64,000 bases of DNA from Candidatus Bipolaricaulia bacterium (GTDB taxonomy: Bacteria; Bipolaricaulota; Bipolaricaulia; RBG-16-55-9): assembly GCA_042219045.1 (NCBI GenBank), contig JBDGQO010000003.1:1-64000 (forward strand), in the 5' to 3' direction. The notes beneath the pieces were generated by a model. It was not told the origin of the DNA, made no database searches, and saw only the letters and a list, made by a program, of their open reading frames with translations. The first letter of the stretch is position 1; every line of letters starts with the position of its first letter. Positions 56,722 through 64,000 of this stretch are shown here, one piece after another. The translations under genes and the position numbers were made by a program.

Positions 56722-57789
56722 ATGCGCGCGTTCGCCTGGCTCGGCCTGACCGGACTCGTTTTGTTGCTCATCGCCGCTCCTCTGCCGCTGTCAGCTCAGG
56801 ACGATGCTCCGACCCCGCCTGCGTTCGAGAAGCCGGAACTATTGGACGTTTGGGGATCGGTCGGCGACAAAGCCGGTCACTTTCAGAGTCCCTGGGGCAT
56901 CGACATTGGCCCCAGCGGACAAATCTTCATTAGCGACCACAAGAACCAGCGCGTTCAGGTCTTCACCAACGAGGGCGAGTTTGTCAGGCTGTTTGGCCAG
57001 CCCGGCTGGCTCCAACCGGGCCAGCTCCGCGGACCCGTTGGGCTCAGCGTCGGTCCCGCCGGGAACGTTTACGTGGCGGACTCATGGAACAACCGGATCC
57101 AGGTCTTTACCCGGGAGGGCGAGTTTCTGCGTGCTTGGACCGGCCCCAACGCCGGCTCCTCCAGCGAGGGCCCTCGCATGACGCCTTGGGGCATTGCCGT
57201 CGGTCCCGACGGCCACGTCTTCGTATCAGACCTCAAGGCCCATCTGATCTATAAGTTCACCAGTAAGGGTGAGTTGGTCACCACTTGGGGCGGTCGTGGC
57301 ACAGCCAAGGGGCGATTCACGCACCCGACCGGCATGGAAGTCTCGCCAGACAATCGACTCTACGTCGTGGATTCGCTCAACCACCGCGTCCAGGTCTTCG
57401 ATCTCGACGGAAACTTCCAGTTCGCCTGGGGCGATCAGTGCAGTCTCTATCTCCATCCCGATCGGGGCTGTGAGGACCCCGATGGCGAGGGCCCGCTCGG
57501 CAAGACCGACGGGCAGTTCGACTCGCCATGGGGCGTGACATTTGGCCCTCAAGGGCGTGTCTACGTGGCAGACTCGGCCAACAAGCGGATCCAGGTGTTT
57601 ACGCCCGAGGGCGAGTTCTTGGGAAAGTGGGGCGAGTTCGGCCGTGAGCCCGGACAGTTCGACAATAGCGTCGACGTCGTCGTCAACGACGCGGGCCAGA
57701 TTTACGTCGTCGACCTCAACAACCAGCGGATCCAAATGTTCTCTGCCATTGGGCCGGTTGCCGATGATGACGCGTCATCGGGCAATTAA
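56722..57789 (+). CDS. Exported NHL-repeat six-bladed beta-propeller protein
   Basis: Signal peptide; six repeats of G.F..P.GI.V.P.G.VYV.D..N.RIQVF; GGAGG SD before ATG 56722. Confidence 0.9.
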   Translation: MRAFAWLGLTGLVLLLIAAPLPLSAQDDAPTPPAFEKPELLDVWGSVGDKAGHFQSPWGIDIGPSGQIFISDHKNQRVQVFTNEGEFVRLFGQPGWLQPGQLRGPVGLSVGPAGNVYVADSWNNRIQVFTREGEFLRAWTGPNAGSSSEGPRMTPWGIAVGPDGHVFVSDLKAHLIYKFTSKGELVTTWGGRGTAKGRFTHPTGMEVSPDNRLYVVDSLNHRVQVFDLDGNFQFAWGDQCSLYLHPDRGCEDPDGEGPLGKTDGQFDSPWGVTFGPQGRVYVADSANKRIQVFTPEGEFLGKWGEFGREPGQFDNSVDVVVNDAGQIYVVDLNNQRIQMFSAIGPVADDDASSGN

Positions 57790-57847
57790 ATCCGATATGG
57801 GACGAACAAGCGGGTAGCAGCTATGGGGTGACCCATGGCTTCCATAG

Positions 57848-57884
57848 GCAGCCGGTCGCCGTTGCCTTCCGACGGCGAGGCTGC
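57848..57884. terminator. Stem-loop between the convergent NHL and acpP genes
   Basis: GCAGCCggTCGCCGTTG-ccttc-CGACGGCGAGGCTGC. Confidence 0.5.
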
Positions 57885-57981
57885 GCCCTGTTGGCGGCGT
57901 ATGGTGGCGGCGGATGAGGTGAGCTTGCGGTGGCTCAGCGTCGGCATCCAAACATGGATGGTTGGTTCGTGGTGAAGGCCT

Positions 57982-58236
57982 TCAGCTGGTGGCCTCAGCT
58001 GCGTTGATCTTCTCCTTGACGTAGGCCAGCGCCTCGCCCACGGTCTGAAGGTTTTCCGCGTCTTCGTCGGGTATCTCGATCCCGAACTCGTCCTCAATCT
58101 CCATGATCATTTCCACGGTGTCAAGCGAGTCGGCGCCGAGCGTCTCCACAAACGAAGCGTCCTCGGTGATCTCGGACTCCTCAACCATGAGCTGTTCAGT
58201 GATGATTTTCTTCAATCGGTTCTCGATATCGGCCAT
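57982..58236 (-). CDS. acpP: Acyl carrier protein
   Basis: [10 protein letters not shown] phosphopantetheine site, [14 protein letters not shown]; own putative promoter TTGTCG-17-TAGGGT (58309-58281). Confidence 0.96.
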   Translation of the reverse strand: MADIENRLKKIITEQLMVEESEITEDASFVETLGADSLDTVEMIMEIEDEFGIEIPDEDAENLQTVGEALAYVKEKINAAEATS

Positions 58237-58318
58237 GATGGCCACCTCCCTATCGGGTGTTTGCCACACGATGATGCGAAACCCTAACGCATCTGCCTCG
58301 CCTCGACAACCCTATATC

Positions 58319-59056
58319 TCACCGCATCATCAGACCACCGTCCACATTGAAGACCTGACCTGTCACGTAGGACGCCCGATCGGAGAGGAGAAACTCGACC
58401 AGCGGGGCGACCTCCTCGGGTCGGCCGAAGCGGGACAGGGGGATGTGTTCCAAGTAGCTGGCCTTGAGCTCCTCGCCGAGCTCGACAGTCAGGCCGGCGT
58501 CGATGAAGCCCGGAGCTACGGCGTTGACCCGGATCCCACGTGATGCCAGTTCGCGTGCTAGGCTGCGCGTGAGGCCGTCGAGACCCGCCTTAGCTGTGGC
58601 GTAGTTTGCCTGGCCGGGCACACCCAGTTGGCCGGAGATGGAACTCACGTTGACGATCGCCCCTGACCGCGACTTGAGCATGTGCCGCGCGACGGCTTTG
58701 GAGCAGTAGAAGGCCCCTCGGAGGTTGGTATCGAGGACGGTATCCCATTCGTCCTCTCCCATGCGGACGAAGAGATTGTCGCGGAGCGCGCCGGCGTTGT
58801 TGATCAAATAGTCAATGCGACTCTGCTGTTGGGCAATCGTTTTGACGACCGACTTGACGTCGTCCGCTCGGGTCACGTCCGCTTGGAAGAACTGCGCCTG
58901 TTCGCCGAGGGCTTCCACGGCCGCTTGTCCTTGCGATTCGTTCCGCCCAATGAGCGCAACCCGGGCGCCACCGTGGATCAACTCACGCGCAATTGCCTGC
59001 CCAATAGCTCCGGTTCCGCCGGTGATGACGGCGACTCGGTCGGCATGAGTTGTCAT
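58319..59056 (-). CDS. fabG: 3-oxoacyl-ACP reductase
   Basis: [32 protein letters not shown]; fab operon context. Confidence 0.92.
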   Translation of the reverse strand: MTTHADRVAVITGGTGAIGQAIARELIHGGARVALIGRNESQGQAAVEALGEQAQFFQADVTRADDVKSVVKTIAQQQSRIDYLINNAGALRDNLFVRMGEDEWDTVLDTNLRGAFYCSKAVARHMLKSRSGAIVNVSSISGQLGVPGQANYATAKAGLDGLTRSLARELASRGIRVNAVAPGFIDAGLTVELGEELKASYLEHIPLSRFGRPEEVAPLVEFLLSDRASYVTGQVFNVDGGLMMR

Positions 59057-59099
59057 GACAGCCCTCTTTGTAGCAGGTCGCCCGCGGCTCGACAACGCC

Positions 59100-59999
59100 T
59101 CAGGCGGACGACTCGCCGAAGGCGTCGTTGAAGGTCAACGCCTCCATGTTCTTGTCGACGCGGCGAATCAACCGCGTGAGCACCTGGCCGTGGCCGACCT
59201 CGACCCATCGGGTGACCCCTTGGGCTTTGAGCGTCTCCACGTCGTCCATCCAGCGGACTTGTGCGGTGATCTGCTCGGTCAAGAGCGCCTGGAGCCGCTC
59301 GGGATCGCTCTCCGGTTGGCCGCTCACGGTTGATACGACGGGAAACGACGGTTGACGGAACTCCACACTTTCAATCTCCGGTTTCAGCCCGTCTTCCGCG
59401 GGTTGCATCAGCGAGGAGTGGAACGGGGCTGACACGTCCAGTTGGATCGCCCGTGCGCGCTGCTCAACAGCCAACTCCTTCGCCTGCATCACCGCGTCGT
59501 GGCGTCCGGAAATCGCAATCTGACCCGGCCCGTTGACGTTGGCGATCTCGGCGCCGGTCTGCTCGCAGATCGCCTCGACGCGGTCGCGGTCCAGCTTCAT
59601 GATCGCCACCATCGCCCCTTCACCGACGGGCACGGCCTCTTGCATGAGCTGCCCGCGTTTATGCACCAGCTGCAGCGCGTCCTCCAGCGCCAACACGCCG
59701 GCGCAGACGAGCGCGGAGTATTCGCCGAGGCTGTGCCCTGCTCCCACGTCGGGCCGCATCCGATCCTTGAGCAGATCGTGCTTCACGACGCTGTCGAGCA
59801 GAATGGCCGGCTGCGCGTTCTGCGTCAGCGTCAGTTGCGCCTCCGGTCCCTCGAACATGAGCTCCTGGATGTCGAAGCCGAGCGCCTCGTTCGCTCGTCT
59901 GTATAGGGGCTCGACACGGGGCCGGAACCGATCAAAGAGCTCGCGACCCATGCCGACGTCCTGTGAGCCTTGGCCCGGATACACAAATGCAAGGTCCAT
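59100..59999 (-). CDS. fabD: Malonyl-CoA:ACP transacylase
   Basis: PGQGSQ, GHSLGEY, RGQLMQ, VSAPFHS. Confidence 0.95.
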   Translation of the reverse strand: MDLAFVYPGQGSQDVGMGRELFDRFRPRVEPLYRRANEALGFDIQELMFEGPEAQLTLTQNAQPAILLDSVVKHDLLKDRMRPDVGAGHSLGEYSALVCAGVLALEDALQLVHKRGQLMQEAVPVGEGAMVAIMKLDRDRVEAICEQTGAEIANVNGPGQIAISGRHDAVMQAKELAVEQRARAIQLDVSAPFHSSLMQPAEDGLKPEIESVEFRQPSFPVVSTVSGQPESDPERLQALLTEQITAQVRWMDDVETLKAQGVTRWVEVGHGQVLTRLIRRVDKNMEALTFNDAFGESSA

Positions 60000-60079
60000 T
60001 GAATGCTCCTCCAATCCATTAAGGATTGCCGCATCAACGACGGGCTAGTCGGTCGTTGATCATCGTCGAGGCAATGATA

Positions 60080-60568
60080 TCACGTGCTTGATTGCATCTG
60101 GATCCACTCGGTCACTTGGGCCAAATGGTAATGGTCGTGCCCCAGCGCGGTCACCGCGAGGTCGGCGACGGTGAAGGGGCCCCGAACCTCGTGGTGCCCG
60201 ACGCGCTGCCAGTCGTCGAGTGCAAGGTCCTGGAGTCGGTCGACCAACGCGGCGCGTTGTGACTTGAACTGCTGCAGCGACGTTGCCGGATCCGCGCTCG
60301 CGTAGTCATGCTCGCGCGCCCGTTGCCCGGGATCGTGATCCGGAATTGCGGCGTTGCCGGTGTCGCCGGCAAGCATGACGTCCAAGCGCTGTTGCCAAAC
60401 CCCATCCCAGTCAGCCACGTGGGCGCAGACCTCGCGGATTGTGAAGCGGCCGGGAACGGGCCGACGATCCCAGATGGACGGGTCCGCGTCGTTCATCAAG
60501 TGCTCGAGCACTTGAGGCGACGCTCGCAGGCCGTCGAGCAGGTAGCGGCGAGTGAACTCGTTGAGCAT
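60080..60568 (-). CDS. DinB/YfiT-like family protein
   Basis: FTIREVCAHVAD and GHDHYHLAQV (His triad), W.R.G.H...G. Confidence 0.85.
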   Translation of the reverse strand: MLNEFTRRYLLDGLRASPQVLEHLMNDADPSIWDRRPVPGRFTIREVCAHVADWDGVWQQRLDVMLAGDTGNAAIPDHDPGQRAREHDYASADPATSLQQFKSQRAALVDRLQDLALDDWQRVGHHEVRGPFTVADLAVTALGHDHYHLAQVTEWIQMQSST

Positions 60569-60685
60569 CGCTCCCTCCTCTTGGGTTGGTCCGAGATGAC
60601 CCATGTTGGGGTCCGACTGGGCATCCGGGCAACAGAGGGCCCCGTCAATGGTGAGGTTGCTGAGTCCAGAGGGAGGTTGACCGCG

Positions 60686-61678
60686 TTACCAGCGCAGCAC
60701 GAGGGCCCCGTACGTCACGCCCGCCCCGAACGCGTTCAGGACCACGACGTCGTCCTCCCGGATGCGTCCGTCTTGAGTGGCCTCATCTAGGGCGATCGGA
60801 ATGGAAGCGGTCGAGGTGTTGCCGTAGCGATCGACGTTGACGATGACGCTGTCGATGGGGATCTCATAGCGTTCAGCGAAGGCTTTCAGAATGCGATAGT
60901 TGGCCTGGTGGGGCACGACCCAGTCGACGTCGTCGCGGCAGAGCCCGGCGTCTTCGAGGGCTTGATGGGTCGTTTCGGCCATCATGGTGACGGCGCTTTT
61001 GAAGACGCCGCCGCCCTCCATCTTCAGATAATGCTGGCTCTCCCCGAGGCTCTTGGAGGTGGCGGGAATCTTGATGCCGCCGCCGGGCATGTGGAGGAGG
61101 TTCCACTTGGAGCTATCGGCCGCCAGACTGGACGCCAGAATGCCGCGCCCCTCCGGCATGGCCTGAACGACGGCCGCGCCGCAGCCGTCCCCGAACAGCA
61201 CGCACGTCGAGCGATCCTCCCAGTCCGTGAAGCGCGAGAGCGCCTCGTGGCCAATGACGAGGACGTTGTCATGTCGTCCGGAGTTGACGAGGTCGTGCGC
61301 GATCGTGGTGCCGTAGACGAAACCCGTGCAGCCGGCGATCATGTCGAAGAACGGCACGTCCCTGCGAATGCCAAGTCCCTCGCAAATGAAGGGAGACGTT
61401 CCTGGGATCGGCATTTCGGGAAGATTGGTCGCGGTAATGACGAAGTCGACGTCGTTCGGCGCCAATTCGGCCTCGTCGATCGCCTGTTGCGCAGCTTGGA
61501 TGCCGATGTCGATGGGATCCTCGTTCTTGTCGAGAATGTGGCGTTCTTGGATCCCCGTGCGCGAGGTGATCCATTCGTCCGACGTTTCGACCATCTGTTC
61601 CAGGTCTTGGTTTGTCAGGACGTGCTCGGGCACAGCGGAGCCGATGCCGGCAATACCGGGTCGATGGGCTTCGTTCAT
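60686..61678 (-). CDS. fabH: 3-oxoacyl-ACP synthase III
   Basis: TSDEWI.SRTGI, catalytic AGCTGF / PHQAN / GNTS, LFGDG, AFGAG. Confidence 0.95.
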   Translation of the reverse strand: MNEAHRPGIAGIGSAVPEHVLTNQDLEQMVETSDEWITSRTGIQERHILDKNEDPIDIGIQAAQQAIDEAELAPNDVDFVITATNLPEMPIPGTSPFICEGLGIRRDVPFFDMIAGCTGFVYGTTIAHDLVNSGRHDNVLVIGHEALSRFTDWEDRSTCVLFGDGCGAAVVQAMPEGRGILASSLAADSSKWNLLHMPGGGIKIPATSKSLGESQHYLKMEGGGVFKSAVTMMAETTHQALEDAGLCRDDVDWVVPHQANYRILKAFAERYEIPIDSVIVNVDRYGNTSTASIPIALDEATQDGRIREDDVVVLNAFGAGVTYGALVLRW

Positions 61679-62715
61679 GAGTTCACCCCCGTCGGCTCTG
61701 GGTTCATGGGATCTGAGGCTGGTGCGTCCTCGATGCCGCGCCCGATCTTGTTGATCAGCTGATGGCTGACCGACTCGCCGGCCGTGCGCACGGCGTTCTT
61801 GATCGCCTCCGCATCGGAGTTGCCGTGGGCGACGATGACCGATCCCTTGACGCCCAACAGGGGCGCTCCGCCGTAGCGGGCGGCGCTCAAGCTCCGCTTG
61901 AACTTCTTCAAGGCGGGCATGATGACGAAGGATCCGAGCCGGGCCAAAATGTCGCGGGCGATGGCCCGACGCAGGAACTCCACGGTCGAGGCCGTGCCGC
62001 CCTCGTACGACTTCAAGAGGACGTTGCCCACGAAGCCGTCGCAGACGACGACGTCGACGCCGCCGTTCAGGATGCGGTTCCCTTCGATGTTGCCGATGAA
62101 GCCATCCAGTTGTTCCAGCAGGAAAAACGTCTTCAGCGCGAGCGAATTCCCCTTGCTCCGCTCCGAGCCGATGTTGATCATCCCGAGTCGCGGCTGGTCG
62201 ACGTCGAGGATCTCCTGGGCGTAGACACGGCCCATAATGGCGAATTCCTTCAGGTTCTGCGGCGAGCAGTCGGCGTTGGCCCCCACGTCGATCAACAGCA
62301 CGTTGTGCCCGCTGACGGTCGGAATGACCGCGGCGATGCCCGGACGATCGATGCCCTCAATCCGGCCGAGCTTGAACAGCGACGTCGCCATGACCGCTCC
62401 CGTGTTGGCCGGGCTGACGAACGCGTCCGCTAGCCCATCACGCACGGCCTCAACGCCGCGCACGAGCGAGCTCTCCGGCTTGTTCCGGATAACGTCCTTT
62501 GGGGAGTCCTCCATGGACACGACGTCCGGTGCGTCAAGCACGGTCATGTGCTTGCGAGCTCGACGGCTCAGCTCGTCTTCAATGCTTTGGCGGTTGCCGG
62601 CCAGGATGACGTTCAGGTCGTGATCGGATGCCGCTTTCTCGCCGCCGCGGACGACCTCGCCGAGTTCGCGGTCGCCCCCTTGGGTATCAAGCACAATGCG
62701 TGGGTATTGTTCCAT
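61675..62715 (-). CDS. plsX: Phosphate acyltransferase PlsX
   Basis: [51 protein letters not shown]; true start ATG 62715 (the longer ORF runs through the tRNA). Confidence 0.93.
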   Translation of the reverse strand: MEQYPRIVLDTQGGDRELGEVVRGGEKAASDHDLNVILAGNRQSIEDELSRRARKHMTVLDAPDVVSMEDSPKDVIRNKPESSLVRGVEAVRDGLADAFVSPANTGAVMATSLFKLGRIEGIDRPGIAAVIPTVSGHNVLLIDVGANADCSPQNLKEFAIMGRVYAQEILDVDQPRLGMINIGSERSKGNSLALKTFFLLEQLDGFIGNIEGNRILNGGVDVVVCDGFVGNVLLKSYEGGTASTVEFLRRAIARDILARLGSFVIMPALKKFKRSLSAARYGGAPLLGVKGSVIVAHGNSDAEAIKNAVRTAGESVSHQLINKIGRGIEDAPASDPMNPEPTGVNS

Positions 62716-62745
62716 TGAGGGTCCTCTCCGCTTGGAGGGTCGACT

Positions 62746-62833
62746 TGGTGCCGAGGGGGGGATTCGAACCCCCACGGGGATTGCCCCCACACGCCCCTCA
62801 AGCGTGCGCGTCTGCCGATTCCGCCACCTCGGC
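62746..62833 (-). tRNA. tRNA-Leu (anticodon GAG)
   Basis: GCCGAGG acceptor stem, anticodon arm CACGC-TTGAGGG-GCGTG, long variable arm, GTTCGAATC T-loop, encoded CCA. Confidence 0.96.
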
Positions 62834-62857
62834 TCAGCGTCTGCCTTGAACCGTTGA

Positions 62858-62886
62858 ATGTTAGCGGACCTTCCCAACCCATGCAA
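62858..62886 (-). promoter_or_regulatory. Sigma70-type promoter upstream of tRNA-Leu
   Basis: Minus strand TTGCAT-17 nt-TAACAT. Confidence 0.65.
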
Positions 62887-62915
62887 GCAATCGCGACAAA
62901 GGGCCAGCGATGCGC

Positions 62916-64000
62916 TCAGGTTCGTCCGCCGATGAGGTCGCCTTTGGTGAGGTAACCGACGAGGCGTCGATTGTCCTCGCGGTCGACCACGGGGAGATGG
63001 CCGACTCCGTTGGTTCGCATGCGCTCCCAGACCGTGTCCAAGGTCTCGTCGGGATAGCCGACCACGAGATCCCGATGCGCGACTTCCTTGACGGGCAGAT
63101 CGCGCCCGTTCCGCCGCGTCCGAATGGCGTCGTTGATGTCTTGGCCTGTGACGATGCCGACCAGTTTGTTGCTGTCGCTCACCACGGGGAAGCCGTGATG
63201 GCCGGATTCAAGGATGCGTCGCCGCACGTGGCGCAACGTCATCCACGACGGCACGGTCTGCACGTCCGTGATCATCACGTCGCGGACGAAGCGGGTGCGC
63301 ATCACGTTGACCTCGAGGTCGTGCTCGACGTGGACGCCGCGCCGCTCGAGCTTCTTGGTGTAGATCGTGTCGCTGTACAGGTGCCAGGCGACGACGTCGG
63401 CCACGACACAGGCAAACATCAAGGGAAGGATGATGTTGTAGTCGCCCGTCATTTCGAACAGCATCAGAATCGACGTGAACGTCGCACGGGACGCGGCGGA
63501 GAACAGAGCTGCCATGCCGACGAGGGCATACGCTGGGTACGGAGCCGTGACCTCGGGGAACATCAGGTTGACCAGCACGCCGAACGCCCCACCGAGCGCG
63601 GCCCCGATAAACAAGGACGGGGCAAAGACGCCGCCGGAACCTCCCGAGCCGAGCGTCAACGATAGCGCGAGGGTCTTGACGCCCGCCAGCACGACGAGGG
63701 AGACGACCAGTCCCAATCCGGCCTCGCCGATGTTGCGGCTCAGGATGGCGTCAACGGACTCATAACCCACCCCGAAGACCTCCGGAAACGCCAAGCCGAT
63801 CACGCCGAGACCGAGCCCACCTGCAATCGGCTTGATCACCGGATGGGCCTTCCAGCGGTCGAAGAGGTCTTCCATGCCATAGAGCGTTTCGATCAACAGC
63901 ACGCCGACCCCGGACGCCAACAACCCCAGGAAGAGATAGAAGACCAGTTCAACGGGATGTGCGAACGCGTAGGCCGGAATAGCAAAAGCGGGCTCGCTGC
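62916..64000 (-). CDS. ClC-family chloride channel/antiporter with a C-terminal CBS pair (5' end outside the window)
   Basis: GVGY, GSGGSGGVFAPSLFIG, GMAALF, FEMTGDY, IYT.KL, two CBS domains; frame stays open to the window edge. Confidence 0.92.
   Translation of the reverse strand, partial: SEPAFAIPAYAFAHPVELVFYLFLGLLASGVGVLLIETLYGMEDLFDRWKAHPVIKPIAGGLGLGVIGLAFPEVFGVGYESVDAILSRNIGEAGLGLVVSLVVLAGVKTLALSLTLGSGGSGGVFAPSLFIGAALGGAFGVLVNLMFPEVTAPYPAYALVGMAALFSAASRATFTSILMLFEMTGDYNIILPLMFACVVADVVAWHLYSDTIYTKKLERRGVHVEHDLEVNVMRTRFVRDVMITDVQTVPSWMTLRHVRRRILESGHHGFPVVSDSNKLVGIVTGQDINDAIRTRRNGRDLPVKEVAHRDLVVGYPDETLDTVWERMRTNGVGHLPVVDREDNRRLVGYLTKGDLIGGRT

Noticed and set aside
62746..62833. tRNA-Leu as an integration site for an island
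   Set aside because: I saw no duplicated tRNA 3' end and no integrase; flanking genes are housekeeping
61675..62886. 403-aa extended PlsX, and similar extended starts for gcvH (26272), oppD (5037) and the Mo-enzyme (53625)
   Set aside because: The extensions run through the tRNA, neighbouring genes or operator arrays; SD/-10 positions and homology support shorter starts

Overview
GC-rich, gene-dense bacterial chromosomal segment with about 55 CDS and one tRNA-Leu(GAG). I see no mobile element, prophage or CRISPR array. Contents, left to right: a RemA-like protein, glutaryl-CoA dehydrogenase, CutA and DUF402; two divergently transcribed Opp/Dpp-type ABC systems whose binding lipoproteins share a PKD 'stalk'; dnaB; a Liv-type amino-acid ABC system; a TlpA-2xDUF3179 redox fusion; an EamA transporter; gcvH-gcvPA-gcvPB; tricorn protease; an OCD/mu-crystallin enzyme; holin-like, rhomboid and ferredoxin genes; a 7-gene MoxR/DUF58/VWA locus; rtcA; an extracytoplasmic redox cluster; Rdx-nadM-HD; hisS; an NHL propeller; tRNA-Leu-plsX-fabH-dinB-fabD-fabG-acpP; and a 5'-truncated ClC-CBS channel. 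The most striking signal is at 48.8-53.6 kb. A membrane-anchored one-component regulator (TM-sensor-TM-OmpR/PhoB winged helix, with no receiver or kinase domain) sits among three genes: a cupredoxin, a CHRD protein and a sulfite-oxidase-family molybdoenzyme. Each of the three carries the same four-box, 11-bp-periodic GTCAA/ACCAA/GTCAA/GTCAA array upstream, which looks like a self-contained regulon. Acidic proteins and several archaeal-type genes suggest a halophilic, peptide-degrading bacterium, possibly Bipolaricaulota/Acetothermia-like; this is an impression, not demonstrated. Family assignments come from motif recognition, not database searches.
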